From Camelus dromedarius (Eukaryota), in NCBI RefSeq assembly GCF_036321535.1, contig NC_087437.1, positions 79,858,001-79,922,000 of the forward strand: DNA of 64,000 nucleotides, read 5' to 3'. Position 1 is the first letter of the stretch. Each line of letters begins with the position of its first letter. Below the pieces are notes generated by a model, which saw only the letters and a program-made list of their open reading frames with translations, searched no databases and was not told the origin of the DNA. This document shows positions 24,285 through 37,719 of the stretch, one piece after another. The translations under genes were made by a program, and so were the position numbers.

Positions 24285-24460
24285 GAATTTCACAAAGAAT
24301 ATTTAACTTGCACTTTATAAGACCCTTGACATCGATCACCATTAATATGACAGTTCTGCAGATGACTAAAACGAGACTCCTAAGTCCTGTGCAGCTTATT
24401 CAAGCTTGCAAGCAACAGAAACAAGATTCAAACTGTATCTACCTGGCTTCATTATATAAC
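24285..24460 (-). mobile_element. MIR SINE relic
   Basis: ttctgcagatgactaaaacgagactc...cagcttattcaagcttgcaagcaacagaaacaagattcaaac. Confidence 0.5.
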
Positions 24461-26499
24461 ATGGAAACTTTAGAAAGTTATACCACTCTCAGAGGGTTTG
24501 AGGACTTAATGTTTCCGGAATCTGAGAACCAAAAGGTAAATTGGAAATGTCTCTAAAACATTCCCAATAAGTGTCAGTGCTCAAGAATTCAATATCTTAC
24601 ATTTTGCTAAAAGGAAAGGCCATCAGCCATCAGTCAGAGACCCCCTACTTTTACGAATGACATCATTTTAATCAATTTGGTTATCCAGGGTCCCAATTAC
24701 AAACAACACCCAGAAGTCAGGGAGATCTTGGAGAACAGTATATTTGATAGTTTAAAAACTGGGAAGGAAATAGAAAATAATTCTGACATAAGGATGCAAA
24801 ATATATAGCTGTCGGCACCAGTTAGCATAGCGCCTTTACTCTCTTTTATGTTGTGATATAGTAGTTAATTTTCAAAATTAAAATGAGTCATCAAGAAATG
24901 CTTAAATTTTGCTCATCATACTCTGCTTATAAAAGCAAGAAAGTTTGTGAAACAGTTTTGGAGGTTTTAAAAATCAAAACTAGTTCAAAATGTTGAAGAA
25001 AGTTTGAGAGCTTAAAAGGATACACATCAGTTGTACACAAGTCTTACTTTACTGCCTATGGATACCAGGCATTCTTTGCATATGGACAAGTACAGGCCAA
25101 GAGATTTTGGTAACTATTTCAATAAGCATCCGCGGCACCTATGAGGCTGTCTGTAATGGTAACTCATATGCATGGAAATTCCAAGAGCTGAGCCAAATAA
25201 CACCTTATTGAGGGATTAATTTTTAGAGGCATCATGCCAAAGGAAAGATATGAAATCAAGAAGCAGGAAATAAGAGTTAAAGGTCAGTTTCCCAGAAGGT
25301 CATCAATCATTCCTTAAAGCTGAAGAGTTGAAGCAAGAAAAGAGAGAACCAGACAACGGGAAAAAATGTTTTAAATGTTCCAAAGAAGTAAGTGGATAAT
25401 AAAAAGAGGACTTTGCAGATGAGGGCATTCCACCTTTAGATGAAAGCCATAATGCTGCCTTATCTTGGTAATGGACTTCACAGATAAGGGACTGCACAGG
25501 TATCTGCTCAAAGGGGTCTACAATATGCGCCTCCAGCAGCACTGATCCACCTAAGACAGGCCTTTGTTCTGCAGATTCCGGGATTTAAATCCCTCCTTTC
25601 ACCTTCTTATCTTGATATAGGTGGACTGGAGAAGATGTCTCTCCAGTTTCTTAGCTCAGCCTAGATTTCATCTTTATTAATGTACATTCTTGTAGGTTTT
25701 TGTCTTTATTCCAAGTTTCTGCCTCAATGTATTTACAAAAATTTTTGGAGTTAAGGGCGTGACTAGTTGTGATAGTATAAGCATTACAAGAAGGATGGGG
25801 GTATCATGGAGACTTACAATATATTTCTCACGTCAAAAATTCTCTTAATCGCCCAAAAATATATTGTTCCCAAAATGCCTGTATTTCAAACATACACTCT
25901 CAGACTTCTCCATCGTAACTAGAAATGTGGCAAAAATCTACCAAAAAGAAGAACTAACACTCTATTTAGCCTAATTCATCTTGTCTTGGTGATTAAATAT
26001 GTCTGAGTATCATAAATTAAGGTCCTTGTTTGTCTGCCATTTATCTGCCATTGTTTCTAGGCTCTGTCCGAAAATCCCTAAAGTTAAGGATAACACACTG
26101 ATAAGTTTGGCAGCTCTTTGCTCTTTTATCTTGAACTTATATTGTTGAGAGGTATTTGTTTTCATTGGCAAAGAAAAGAATTACTAAATAGCCTTTAGCT
26201 TTGTTTCCAATATACTTCCAGTTGAATGTTTCTGATCATCTCAGAGCTCTTTCCCGTGAGGCCATCTGCGAGCCCTTTCTCTACTTTTATGTGCTATCTT
26301 CTGAAGTCCTAGCGAAGTGGCCACTTCCAGTCTGGCCATTCCCCTACTTCCCTGCTCTTGGTTGGGATGCAAAGACAGAAAGAATTAAGCCTACATCTTA
26401 AAGCAACCTTAGTGCTTGCTCCAATTACTCATTAAAACAAGTAAATAAATAACAAGGCCACTAATATATTGAATTTCACTGTGCTGGCTTTCGCTAATT

Positions 26500-26642
26500 C
26501 ATCAGTCTATTGTATAAACAAAATGTAATCTCCGTGAAAGCTGGGACCATGTTTGTCTTTTTCATTGCTATTTCAACATCATCCACAATACGTGAAATAA
26601 ATGGATGGATCAATAAATATCCGTTAAATAAATGAATGAATA
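26500..26642 (+). mobile_element. L2 3' end
   Basis: aatgtaatctccgtgaaagctgggaccatgtttgtctttttcattgct...aataaatatccgttaaataaatgaatgaat. Confidence 0.75.
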
Positions 26643-26964
26643 AGCCCTGCTAACTCCATGCCCCATTACCTGATACCACTCCAGACACACACACACAGAA
26701 TTCATTAAACATATTAAGACATATTAACAGAAAGATGAATTTTCGTCAGACATATAAAATCCTCTTCCTATTTTCTCTTCCTTGTAGACAGAATAATAGC
26801 AAAATTCTTTAAATGTTCTAGAATAATTTAAAAATATTTTAATTTCAAAATGAAAAACTTTACCAGGAATCATAAAAAAAGAGAAACAGTGATAAGTGTA
26901 TATAAATACATGGTGTTCCCCAGCCAGGCTCCCTCACAGACCTCCCACCTAGTTTAACAAGGAG

Positions 26965-27830
26965 TTAGTGGAGCCCACAGGGCAAGGGCAGGGCAGGGGT
27001 CCTAGAGTCAGACTTGGTTCTTACCCACTTCTGCCACCAGCTGGCTTTGGGCAACTAATTAAACATCTCTGGCTCTTGTTTTATTTATCTGAAAACAGGG
27101 ATATTAATAGCATCTACCTTATAGGATTGTATGAGGTTAAATGAGTATGCCTATTATTTTCTTCTTGTCTCTCAGCCCAAATCTACTCTTCTATCTTCCG
27201 ATCTCTGGGGCTGAGGAGGGACTCTGGAAATTACCTTTCTCAGACCCCTTTGCCAGTGGACATCTTGTTAGGTTCTGCCAATAGGAGGCGTGAGAGCTAG
27301 ACTGGAAGGTACAAGGAGGGAGCAAGGACCTCCTGGTTTCTTGATGCTTTTGTCAGCATTATTTACGGCAGTTTATTTGAGCCTCCAGCCTATTTCAACA
27401 CACCTGCCCTCTAAGAGATATCAGCAATTGCCTGCCTGTGCCGTTGTTTCAGAGAATGAAGCACTGGTTCTATGGGGCAATTTCTCCAATTCAAGAGATG
27501 TCGACTACGGCCAACCAAACTTCTCATCGACAAGCTGAGCAACCTCCTGTGATCTACCAGATTCTAGTAAACTCAGCTCCACTGTTCTCCTAGCAGCTGG
27601 GGAGTGAAGCACATGTAGCTCCTTCATTTGGGCTGAAATTTCTGTTTCCTTCTTCAGCACTCCAACACCTCTATAACCAATTCCCTAGGTTAAATTGCCC
27701 CTACTTGAATACCTATTCTGGTCATTATTTTTCTGACTGGATCCTGACATACAAAAGTGGATATTTGTAAAATGCTTAGAACATTGCCTGGCATGTGGTA
27801 AGTGCCCAGAAACCTTTAGCACTGTTACTA
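26965..27830 (+). mobile_element. MIR split by an LTR33-like ERVL solo LTR (about 27150-27753)
   Basis: MIR core 26965-27147 (tttgggcaact...tctgaaaacagggatattaatagcatctaccttataggattgt) resumes at 27755 (gtaaaatgcttagaacattgcctggc). Insert has cagacccctttgccagtgg...ttaggttctgccaataggagg and ends ctgactggatcctgacataca. Confidence 0.7.
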
Positions 27831-28056
27831 GCTTATTGCTGACTTATTTGCTAGGAGACAACAATAGCACCTGATGGCTAGTTTCCATAATCAGGAGAAA
27901 GGTAGCTGAATTTAGAAGGAAAAGCTGAAAATTTTTCTTCTGGTAAACCCTATGAATGAAACACACTCATCTACAACTAAACAATAGCTTGTAGTAGGCA
28001 TGAGATAAATATTTGCTGAGAATAGATGAATATATGTTCCTCTTAACTCTTTATTG

Positions 28057-28384
28057 CAGGGCTTCTCCAGCTATCTGTGGTTAAAAAAGAATAATAATTT
28101 TTTTTTTCATTTTTAACCTATCATGACTGTTGTGTGGCCCCCATGAGTAAGATCAAAATTCAGCTTGTGCCACCTATGAACCAGCACATGAGTTCAACGT
28201 ACCCAAACCATTCTATACCTTCTTCAACAAAAGGAGTCCACCAATCATGACTGTGAACGTTGTAGCAAAAATGTTGTCTTGCCTATAGAATTTCTAAGCT
28301 TTTACTCTCAATTTGTACACTTGTGTTTTGTGGATCAGTTCCCATCAGTTTTAAATGATCCTGAATACATTTGGAGTAGCCCTG
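28057..28384 (+). mobile_element. hAT-Charlie element (MER119-like)
   Basis: TIRs cagggcttctcca / tggagtagccctg. Degenerate 8-bp TSD ctttattg / ctttttgg. Confidence 0.7.
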
Positions 28385-30440
28385 CTTTTTGGTGAATTGG
28401 TGTTATCCACTCCTTTTGTTAGAAAATCCCCATTGAGTGAGAGGATTGGTTTTTCCTTGATAGAACTGTGGATTCCCTTTAATTACAGAGTGTTCTAACT
28501 GCTCAAAGAGAAGAAATGCTTGACTTATGTGGGAGAACATGTGAATGGTGAATCACGTAGGCTGCCATTTGAGAAAGGAAGGCACATAGCAACTCTTGCC
28601 ATGTTTTCGTATTTTAATCTGGAATTAAAAAGTACCTCATCTCCCCTCCCTTCCCCCCAACCAGAACTACTGGCCATACCTTAATACTTTCTAATCTTCA
28701 TTTCTTTTGACATAGGAGATCTTGCAATGTTCCCTTCTTGTTCCCCACTGAGTCACCCTTCCAAGCTCAAACCAAAAGCCATCTGTCTCATGAAGTCCTC
28801 TCTGATCCCCCAGTCACTCTTTGTTTACCCCCATGTACTTAATATATAATTCCTGGTATTGTAGATTTTTTCATTTTAATTCATGGCTTATCCTCTTTAA
28901 AGATTTTTAGCTCCTTGGGGAAAGGATTCTTATAAACCCTGTGTCCTCCCAAGAAACTGCATGTGGTGTTCCCTACATAAAGGTGTTCCCTAACTGCAGT
29001 GCTATACGCCAAAAAGGCAGAGGTAGAGAGAGATGTCCATGTTTGTACTGGATGACACTGGGAAAAGGAAACATAACTTTGGGAACCAAGGAAGTACTAA
29101 GTTTCAGGACACCATACTGCTTTTATAACCATACCATGGTAAGACCAATGCTTATAAAATATTTGGAAATCCTTGGGTAAAAGAGATTTTTATGAATGTA
29201 GAATACAATGAAACATTTCAAGTTAGGAATAAAAAAAATCATGAGGAAAAATGTATTAATAGTCTGAATAATATAAAGAATTATAGTTTTATTTTTAGAG
29301 TATAATAAAAGAAAGTTTAAAAAAAGTTATTAGAGAATACAGTAAAATGATTTGTCTGCATGGAAGACAATTACTTGTGAGTTCCAGACTTCACGTCTGG
29401 AAGATTTTTTTTCTTTATGCGTAAGGAATATTTCTATCCTCTTTGGCCAAACTAGTAGGTAAAAACTGCAGATTTCTCTATCCATTAAAAAAAAAGGATT
29501 GGCCAAACAAGATGAATCATAGTTTAGTCTCTATCTGAATTACTGAAAATTCCATAATCTTAGCTGGTTTGTTTTTCTTATGTGAAAATGTCTAAGGAAT
29601 AGTAGAAATAATTTCATTCAGAGAATCTGTATATAATATATGTATATTAGTTGTGGCCCTGTGACTAGCCAGTTTTAAAATTCTGTGCCTATCTCTACAC
29701 TCATCTGAAAATGAGATTTTTAAACATATGATCTCTATGTTTCTTTTCATCAGAAATAAGAAAAGTGTTTTTGAAATGGAAATTTCTCTCTAAGATGAGA
29801 AGCCTCAGTGATTGTTGAACTACACCAAGGGGCAATTTGACATTTCCCCAGTAGTCTTTGGGCTAAGTTAAACCTTTTGAACTTTTAAAGGTAATAGAAA
29901 GAAAATGACTTAGGCTAACAATTTCAAAATCTCCCTGGCTGCAGGCGTGCTTGCCAGAATTATTTTAACCCTAACTGTACAGAACCTTCTTTTCAACAAA
30001 GTATATTTCTTTGCAATCAAACCTTTCTTTGTATGCCATATACATCTCAAAAATATGTTTTGACCTTGACTTCAATTTGGGAAACATATTTCATGCTGTG
30101 GTCCATTTTAGGTTAAGTTAATGGAAACTGCTGCATAGTTAACTTCTGGCTAGTGCTTCATAAATTACTCAGACTACCCCTTTCCTATGAATGAAAGTTA
30201 AACGTCCATTAGAGTTTGTCAGAGACTACATTACCTTTAGAGGTGTATTTCCTGCTTGTTTATAGGTTTTTTAGTGCCTCTTTTGCTATGAATGTTCGTC
30301 CAGTCCTTGAGAATTATAGGCTCCATGAAAATTAGTAAATCAGAGCATAAGAGCCCCATTCAAATGTGATTAATTCTCGGCAAATATTACTGAGGATAAC
30401 ACTGACAGACCGCTTTTTGTTTGGTCCTTCCTCACGGCAG

Positions 30441-30528
30441 GGACATGAGTGAATACCGTAGAGGGTATGTTGATCAAATAATTGGAGAATTAAAACTTAC
30501 ACCCATCCTGACACTGACTGCAGACAAG
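30441..30528 (+). other. Candidate spliced internal exon (88 nt), coding status unknown
   Basis: Branch-like ctgac at 30402-30406, pyrimidine tract ctttttgtttggtccttcctcac, acceptor gcag|G and consensus donor AAG|gtaagt. One frame is open (DMSEYRRGYVDQIIGELKLTPILTLTADK). Confidence 0.45.
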
Positions 30529-31028
30529 GTAAGTGCTTTTCACATGCCTTCCTGTTTGTGTTGCTCATTTTGTTCGTTCTTACTATCAAGAATTATAGTT
30601 AGCCTTACTTTTGAGCCCTATTGCACCAAAACAATGGTTACTGAAGTATCTAGGTGAATTCCTAATAGTAACAGTCATTATTATGGCCTCTAGAGAGGGA
30701 AAAGCTGTAGAAGTTGCCCCCGGACCCACTGCACTGCCCAGAGTACATTTGTAAAGATGTGCCGAAAAAGAACTTTCTAGAGCTGTGAGCCTGTTGGGCT
30801 ATCTCTATGCCAAAGGTCGGCAGTGAAAATTGTGTCAAGAACATCTTTCAGTCATAGAAGACAGACTGATAGATACCTTCTGTGCCAGTAACTTTAACTG
30901 GAAGAACTGCCTTTTCCCAAACTGTCTAGATAATGCAACTACAACATACTTTAATTCTGTTACAGAGGCTACAGCAGCTTACTCTGTATTCCCCAAATTT
31001 TTCATTCAATAAAAACACTAGATGCTAA

Positions 31029-31405
31029 TGTTAAAAAAATGTTTTCAACTGAGTAAATTTTAAAGATCTTACTGTCTTTATTCAGCAATTCCCAGCTAGT
31101 AAATAGAAAGGAGCTCTGAGGAGCTGCACAAAATGAAAGGCTTTTTATAGACGGAAAGGAGCAGCAACCAGGAAGCTACCCGAGGTGGAAGAGCGCAATG
31201 GTTCTTGTAAGCACAGTTTTCTTTAGGGGATAGCCTGGGTCTATCAGGCAGATGACCCAACTAGTGATGACCAGCCAATTCCTGATTGACTATTTTAAGA
31301 TTCCATTTCTGGGAGACCGAAACTGTGATTAAGTTTCAATTTGGTGATGTGGGGGCTTAGCAAAAGTGACTCCATTTTGGGCCTATAGTTATCTTATTTT
31401 TAACA
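31029..31405 (-). mobile_element. ERV1-class solo LTR
   Basis: TGTTAAAAA...TTTTTAACA termini, 4-bp flanks ctaa / ctga, reverse polyA signal tttatt near 31077 and reverse TATA tttata near 31144. Confidence 0.8.
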
Positions 31406-31499
31406 CTGAGAATGAAAGAATAGTCTGGTAAAAAAGAATAAAAAGCTATGTGAGTATTTGAAATCGCATGTGAAAAGCAGTGTAATAGAGATGAACAAT

Positions 31500-32920
31500 A
31501 CACATGGATAGCGTGAAGGAGGGAAAGACTAACTTTCCTTGGCAATGCGGGAGGGTCTCAGAGTGAGAACATACAGTTGAAAAAGTTCTTTGAGATGAGT
31601 AGAAATTTCCCAAACAGACAGTTGAGTGGAGTCCAGGAACAACAGAGGCACGAAACAACATGAACCAGCAAGACCCGAGTACTCCAAGGGAAAATTAGAG
31701 GCCCCTTATGCCATTCAGTAATTTGGGGATTTATGTCCTAGGCAATAGAAAGCCCCAGATACTTTCTTAAAGCAATGGAGTAGTATAATCATGTTTGCCA
31801 CTTGGAGAACACTCTGGTTGAAACATACAGAATTGACAAAATCACACCAATTATAGGTAAGAGGAGTGGTTTGGAGAGTCTTGTTATAATGGTAGTCTGA
31901 ACTAAAGAGGTGAAAAGGATGAAAGGAAGGGACTAACTTGAAAGGCTCTCAGGAGGGAAAGTGGACAACACAATGGCATTAAATAAGATGGAGTCACTTA
32001 TTTCTTTGGCACTTTACCTGGGCGGTTTACTAGTCCCTAGGGACACAACTGACTTGAACAGACATAGGACTTGTGGCCTAGCAGGAGAGACAGAGCATTA
32101 AAGAAGCCTCTTCAGTGCGACATAAGTGCTGTGATGGGGTAAATGGGTTGCTATGGCAACAGAGCAGCTTCTCCAGACTTAGACAGGAGATTAGGGAATA
32201 CTTTCCAGGGAAAATAAAAATCCAAACTGAGACCTACGAGGAAAGAGGTGAAAGCGGATGGAGGGGAGACTTGCAGGAAGAGATGAGAGCCTCTGAAAAG
32301 GCCCTGAGGAGAGAAATGGCGTCGTTGGAGGAAAACTTAAAAGAATTTGTAAAGCAATGAGAAGAGGTAGGAGGGTGAGCAGAGGCCAGCAGAGGTCCAG
32401 AGAGCTTCATCCACCTGCAGGGTGATGCTGAACCACCAAAACAGTTTTCATCACAGAAATAACATGTCCATTTGCATTTTAAGAAACTCACCCTGGGATG
32501 TAATATAGAGAACTCATAGCTAGAAAAAGGCCAGCCCTTGTGTTTTCTATGTCACAGTATTTGTCACACTTTGGCTTATTTCTTTAAAGGCTATTCCTCC
32601 CACTAAACTATGTTATTGGGGCAAAGAAAACATCCACCTGGTACATTATTATCTTCCTACACAGGTATTCAATAATGTTTGGGTAAAATCATAAATAGAT
32701 GAATGAATGAGTGAGGAACAGTTAGGATGCTATTATAGGATTCCACAAAGGCAATGTGGGTACCTTGACAAGAGTTGGGGTAGAGGACATACAGATAATT
32801 GGCAGAGTCAAGAGATATTTAGAAGTGTAACTGACAGGTCATTGAAAGTGATGGGAATAAAGTTATGAAAAGGCAAGAATAGCTTCTAGTTTCCAGCCTT
32901 ACAAAACTAGGATACGGATG
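31500..32920 (-). mobile_element. Cluster of L2 fragments (mostly minus strand, with a + strand tail at about 32530-32710)
   Basis: Purine-rich L2 reverse phrases: ggatttatgtcctaggcaatagaaagcccc...aagcaatggagtagtataatc, tttgcattttaagaaactcaccctgg, gttaggatgctattataggattcca. Confidence 0.65.
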
Positions 32921-34309
32921 TCTTTGTCAATGGTCTCCACTTAGCCAGCCAACTTTCATTTCCCACAATGCTCTAGCCCTCAGCCTTATCCTCTTCACCA
33001 TTTCCTTCACAAATTACCGCTTAGACTTCTCTGGACAATTAGCTACCATCTTTGGATTGCAATCTATTTCCCTTGAGCTCTTTGAAATCAGATATAAACT
33101 CACACTTCTCAAAGCTTTGAACAAAGAAACTGAAGTGATAAAAAATTAGGAAAATGTTTATAAGTTAGACGTAAGAAGAGAAAACACAACTGAAGTTCAA
33201 ATTTTAAATAAGTAGAAATTGAGTGGCCATGATCATTAAAAATTATGATGGAGGATGAATTATGTGTAAGACCCTGGATAGAGATCATTAAAGAATTGGA
33301 TTGTTTTATTTCAAAGATAGGGCATTTAGGTCCCATCATGCATATGAGTATAAAAAAACAGAAAACCATATATAATTAGTATCAAATGAGAGGTAAAGAG
33401 AATAAGGTCTACCCGAACTCAGTCGATGAAAATATTCCTTTGTCCTGGAACACAGACAAGTTGAAGAAAGGACATGGACACTCCATATGTCCTAAATCTC
33501 TTCTCAATAAGGCTTTGGATCCCCGTTAATGACTATATCAATCCCTGTCTAGTGGGTTTTCCATCAGAATAATATCATGCAGTCCAAGTTCAAGGTTTTT
33601 GCTCCAACCTGCAGCTGGCAATATTCCTGAGCAGACATAGCTAATACCCAGCAGCTGAATGTATTTGAGTTGGTATTCAGAAATAGTCATGGTGCCAAAT
33701 GTGAGAGGCACTGATATTCATGCCACTCACCAAATGAGCAAATGAGTTATTTAATTTTCTCAGCTCTCAGAATCTCAGCACCCTCGTACCCTCTTTGTCA
33801 AAGAAAAAAAAAGTGATATCTGGAGAAGTGAGATGAAAATCAGAACACGTTTTCATGCACATAGAAACCAGACTACTGTTATTAATATTTCTCTCTCAGT
33901 TTGGCGTGTTCACCTTAATGAAAATATCATAAAAGCAAGCAGTTTTCTTCCTGGCTCTTGGGGAAATAAAACACAGCAGAATCCTAATGCTTTTGACATG
34001 ATCTATTCACTTTGGAGAGTATAAGTTGTCACGGGAGAAATGAACAAGAGAGATGAAAACATTACCAAAAATGGCATAATGATAGGAGATGTAGTAGCCA
34101 AAGACGGGAATGAAAATAGAAGAAAAAAAAAAGGATCCCCAAGAAATAAACTGTACATACATGTTATTTTTCTGCTCCTATAAAATTCTCTTTTCTTCTA
34201 TATACATTTAATTTGCTGCTTGGAAAATATCTTTAGCAGGAAGAAAAGGTTGCTGACTATTCCTCCATTAACACTAAAATAATAACAGCAGGAACACACT
34301 AGCAACACA

Positions 34310-34310
<1 letters not shown>

Positions 34311-34353
<43 letters not shown>
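34311..34353. repeat. (AC)21 microsatellite
   Basis: Uninterrupted AC run read directly. Confidence 0.97.
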
Positions 34354-34355
<2 letters not shown>

Positions 34356-35238
34356 CCTCATGTGGAGCAGAAAAACCCCAGAAAGAGGAGGGGAGGGAGG
34401 GTAGCAACAATAAATAAATCAAAAACTAACATGGAATTGAGGTGGGACTGAAAAAGGAGGATACAAATAAATAATATGGGAGAAATTCAAATGGCTTCAA
34501 GTGGAACAGAATAAAAAATGCAAGCAATGTAAGGATTCAACAGAGAAAAATGAGGTTTATAACTGGATGGAAGTGAAGGCTCTGATATGAAGGTATCTTG
34601 GTGTGTTTTACTGTTACTTTTCATGGTAAAGATTTTGTGAAATTAAAATGAATGAGGAAGCTTAATCAGATCAACTTTTGCTCTTTAAAAGGTGACACTT
34701 TTTCAGGTTATCTTCCAGAAGAGTCTGCCAACCAAATCCTGTCTCTATTATGGAAACTTACGGAGGACCCGCCTAGAAGGTGGGTTTTTAGAGCGGGACG
34801 CGGTGGGTAGGGTAGCACAACAGGACAGGCTTGCTGGAGAAGCACGTGGAAGGGGAGCGGTGACTCAGCTTCTAAGGCAAACTTGAACCTAAACAACTAG
34901 GTTACTACAGTAACATAAACTGTCTTTGCATGTGAGTAAATAGAGAAAAATCAGCGAGTATCTCCCTCTCTCTAATTTTTGAATGGTGAAGAAACCTCCT
35001 GCACGGACACTGAACCTGTCAGAAAAACGGCTGACTTCCGCACCAAAGCTCTATTTGGGGAAGCGTGGGGGCGGGGGGAGGGGCAAGGATGACAAAGAGG
35101 AACAAACCTGGTTTGAAGCCCAGCCCTTTCCTTACTCATTCATTGTATGAATTTTGAGCAGTAACTTATCTGACCCTTTTACAAAACACGGACAGTAATA
35201 TCTATTTATGCAAGGGGTTTTCAACATGAATACAAGTA

Positions 35239-35546
35239 CAGGCATACCTTGATTTATAAGGCTTTGCAGATACTGCATTTTTTGCAGATTGAAGGTTTGT
35301 GGCAACCCTGCACTGTCATATGATGGTTAGCATTTTTTAGCAATAAAGTATTCTTTAATTAAGGTATGCACATTGTTTTTATAGCTATAAATGCTATGGT
35401 ACACTTAACAGACTACAGTATAGTGTAATCGTAAGTTTTATTTGCACTGGGAAAAGAAAAAAAACTGTGTGATTTTCTTTATTGCCATATTCACTTTATC
35501 GCGGTGGTCAGAAACTGAACCCACGGTGTCTCCGAGGAATGCCAAT
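35239..35546 (+). mobile_element. Internally deleted Tigger1 derivative
   Basis: TA then CAGGCATACCTTG...agatactgcattttttgcagattgaaggtttgtggcaaccctgc...actttatcgcggtggtc.gaaactgaaccc...tctccgaggaatgcc. Preceded by a MIR piece at about 35090-35235. Confidence 0.85.
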
Positions 35547-37719
35547 GTTTATCCAATAAACACTTTTGCAGCATTGATGTGACAACATGGGCCAGCTACT
35601 GTCACAAGTATTGATGGTTCAGGGGTAAACAACAGTGATAATCCTTGACATCCTAAAATACTCTAGTAGACAATTTAATAAATACGAAGATGCTCAACAA
35701 ACTGCAGCTAATATTTTATTTGTTAAAAGAATAAGAAATGCACTCACGGTAAAGAAAAGAAAACCCCCTGTACACACCATAACTATCACCTGCACATAGG
35801 TGATCTTTGCTAAATGGAAAACAAATGCAGATGGTTTGGCGTAAACTGTACACGTACAGACAAGTTTGACAGTGTAAGAAAGCTAGCTAATGAAAGACAC
35901 AGTGAGAAAAAAGTGCCTGTATGTATGTGGCTCCTGTAAAAACCCATCCCAGCCATCCCATTACATATTCAACAAGATTTCCCAAATTAAAGAAGCAGAC
36001 ACAGGTTGTGTTACTGCTCCCCTGCAGACTCACTGTGAGTATCAAGAGAGTTTTCAGTATAATAAAAACAAAATTGAATACCTCTCTGGGTTGGTGAATA
36101 GGTTGCATTATTTAGCTCATTGTTAGAAAATTGGCTTATTATTAAAAAAAGGATCTCATAGTCCATGCTCCTCACGGTGCCAAGTCCAGGGAAAATTTCT
36201 TCCCCTACCACACAACTGTAGGAGCTGCCAAAAGCAAAGACCTTGAAATTAAGGATAGACTTTCTTCTGTTTTCAGAAGTCTCTGGCATTTAACTCTAGC
36301 TTCTTGGGATGCTGTTTTATTGACAGGTAATGCCCCGGACTAATAACTTCACACATAAGAAAAGCTTTTGCAGAAACCATGTGTAAATGCTGGAAACCTT
36401 TCTTCTTTCCCAAGATTCTGTTCAGGTTGTTACTATTACAGAGACAGCTCTGTTGAGCTGGCCTCTGGTTCCAGGTGCCATTTCTAAGCCAAGGCAATAA
36501 CAGCTCTCCCAAGGAGGCACTGCTCAATGCTGAAGAAATTTAAAATGCTGTTAGTCTAGAAATCCCCCAGACAGCAGCAGCCCTATCTCTGTGCAGGATC
36601 CAGCAAGAGCCCGAGTAGAATTTCTCACCAAGTGTCCATGAGCATGTCTGTTTCCATGGTGAAAATGCATTTCCACCCTGAAGAGCTTCAGTGAAGAAAG
36701 TTTGGGGAATAAAGATTAAATAACAATTCTCTATGGCCATGAAGTCAAGAAAGATGTCAAACGGAGCTGAAGAGACAAGGGGAACGAGGAGAGTTCTTTA
36801 CAGGGATGCGTTTCTACAATAACTGAAAGACCTTCTTCCCTGATACTTGAAAAAGAGCTAGATGATGACTAGAAATATGTGTTCCAACTCAGAAAATGAT
36901 ATGTCAGAAAGAAAACAGTGGCCAATTCTGTTTATTAATTGTAGGTGTTTTTTTCTTACTTTGCCTTTGGTATTATTGCTTTATTCTAAAATGGTGATGC
37001 ATAAATTGGGTCAATAAATAAATATTTTGAAAATAAGATGAAATGATAGGCATCGGGGGTTCTCCCTGTTCATGACCACATGCCAGTCCCCTCCCCTCTG
37101 TCAGTCCCTTGTCTTGCTATTCTTTACAACTGACCCGTAAATCTACATTAAACTCAGGATCCCTACATATGAGAAAGGCAGGGCTGCAAAAAATAGAAAT
37201 CACTAAACTAAGACAATAAAAAAGGAGTGATTTATTTAGCAGTAGGATAGGGGCACTGTCTCAGAACCCAAAACCAAGAAAAGCAGTGGACTTGAAAAGG
37301 GATTGGAACCAGGAACTGGAACCAAAGTTCACCTCTCAAATCTCCCTGGGGTTGTTGGTCTCTCATCCCTGACTCTGTCCACACATGCTTCATTCACTCT
37401 TTCTGCAAAGAAGGTTCTTCCACTTCTCTGTTCACAAAGTGGAAAATTGCCGTCCTCTACCAACTGGTTCTACTATGTCTCATACTCGACCCGGGGGATA
37501 AATAGAGAGGCTCTGCTGACTTGAGTCCAAGCGCTGGCCCCTATTAATCACACTTGGATTTTTTTTTTCCCCATGGCGTAAATTTTGCTTAGAGGTCTCC
37601 ACTGATGACAAGCAAATGCTAGAAATCTTATAAGGGTCTACTGCTCCCTGACATGCCACCCCTCCCCAGCAGAAAGTCAAATCTGGCCACTACTCCTAGG
37701 CTTCTGTGCCTAAGCAAAA

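Noticed and set aside
34198..34422. Cys/Val-rich ORF (CVCVCV...)
   Set aside because: It is the translation of the (AC)n microsatellite.
36855..36910. C-box-like GATGATGA suggesting a C/D snoRNA
   Set aside because: No properly placed CTGA D box or terminal stem. The context looks like an old LINE 3' end.
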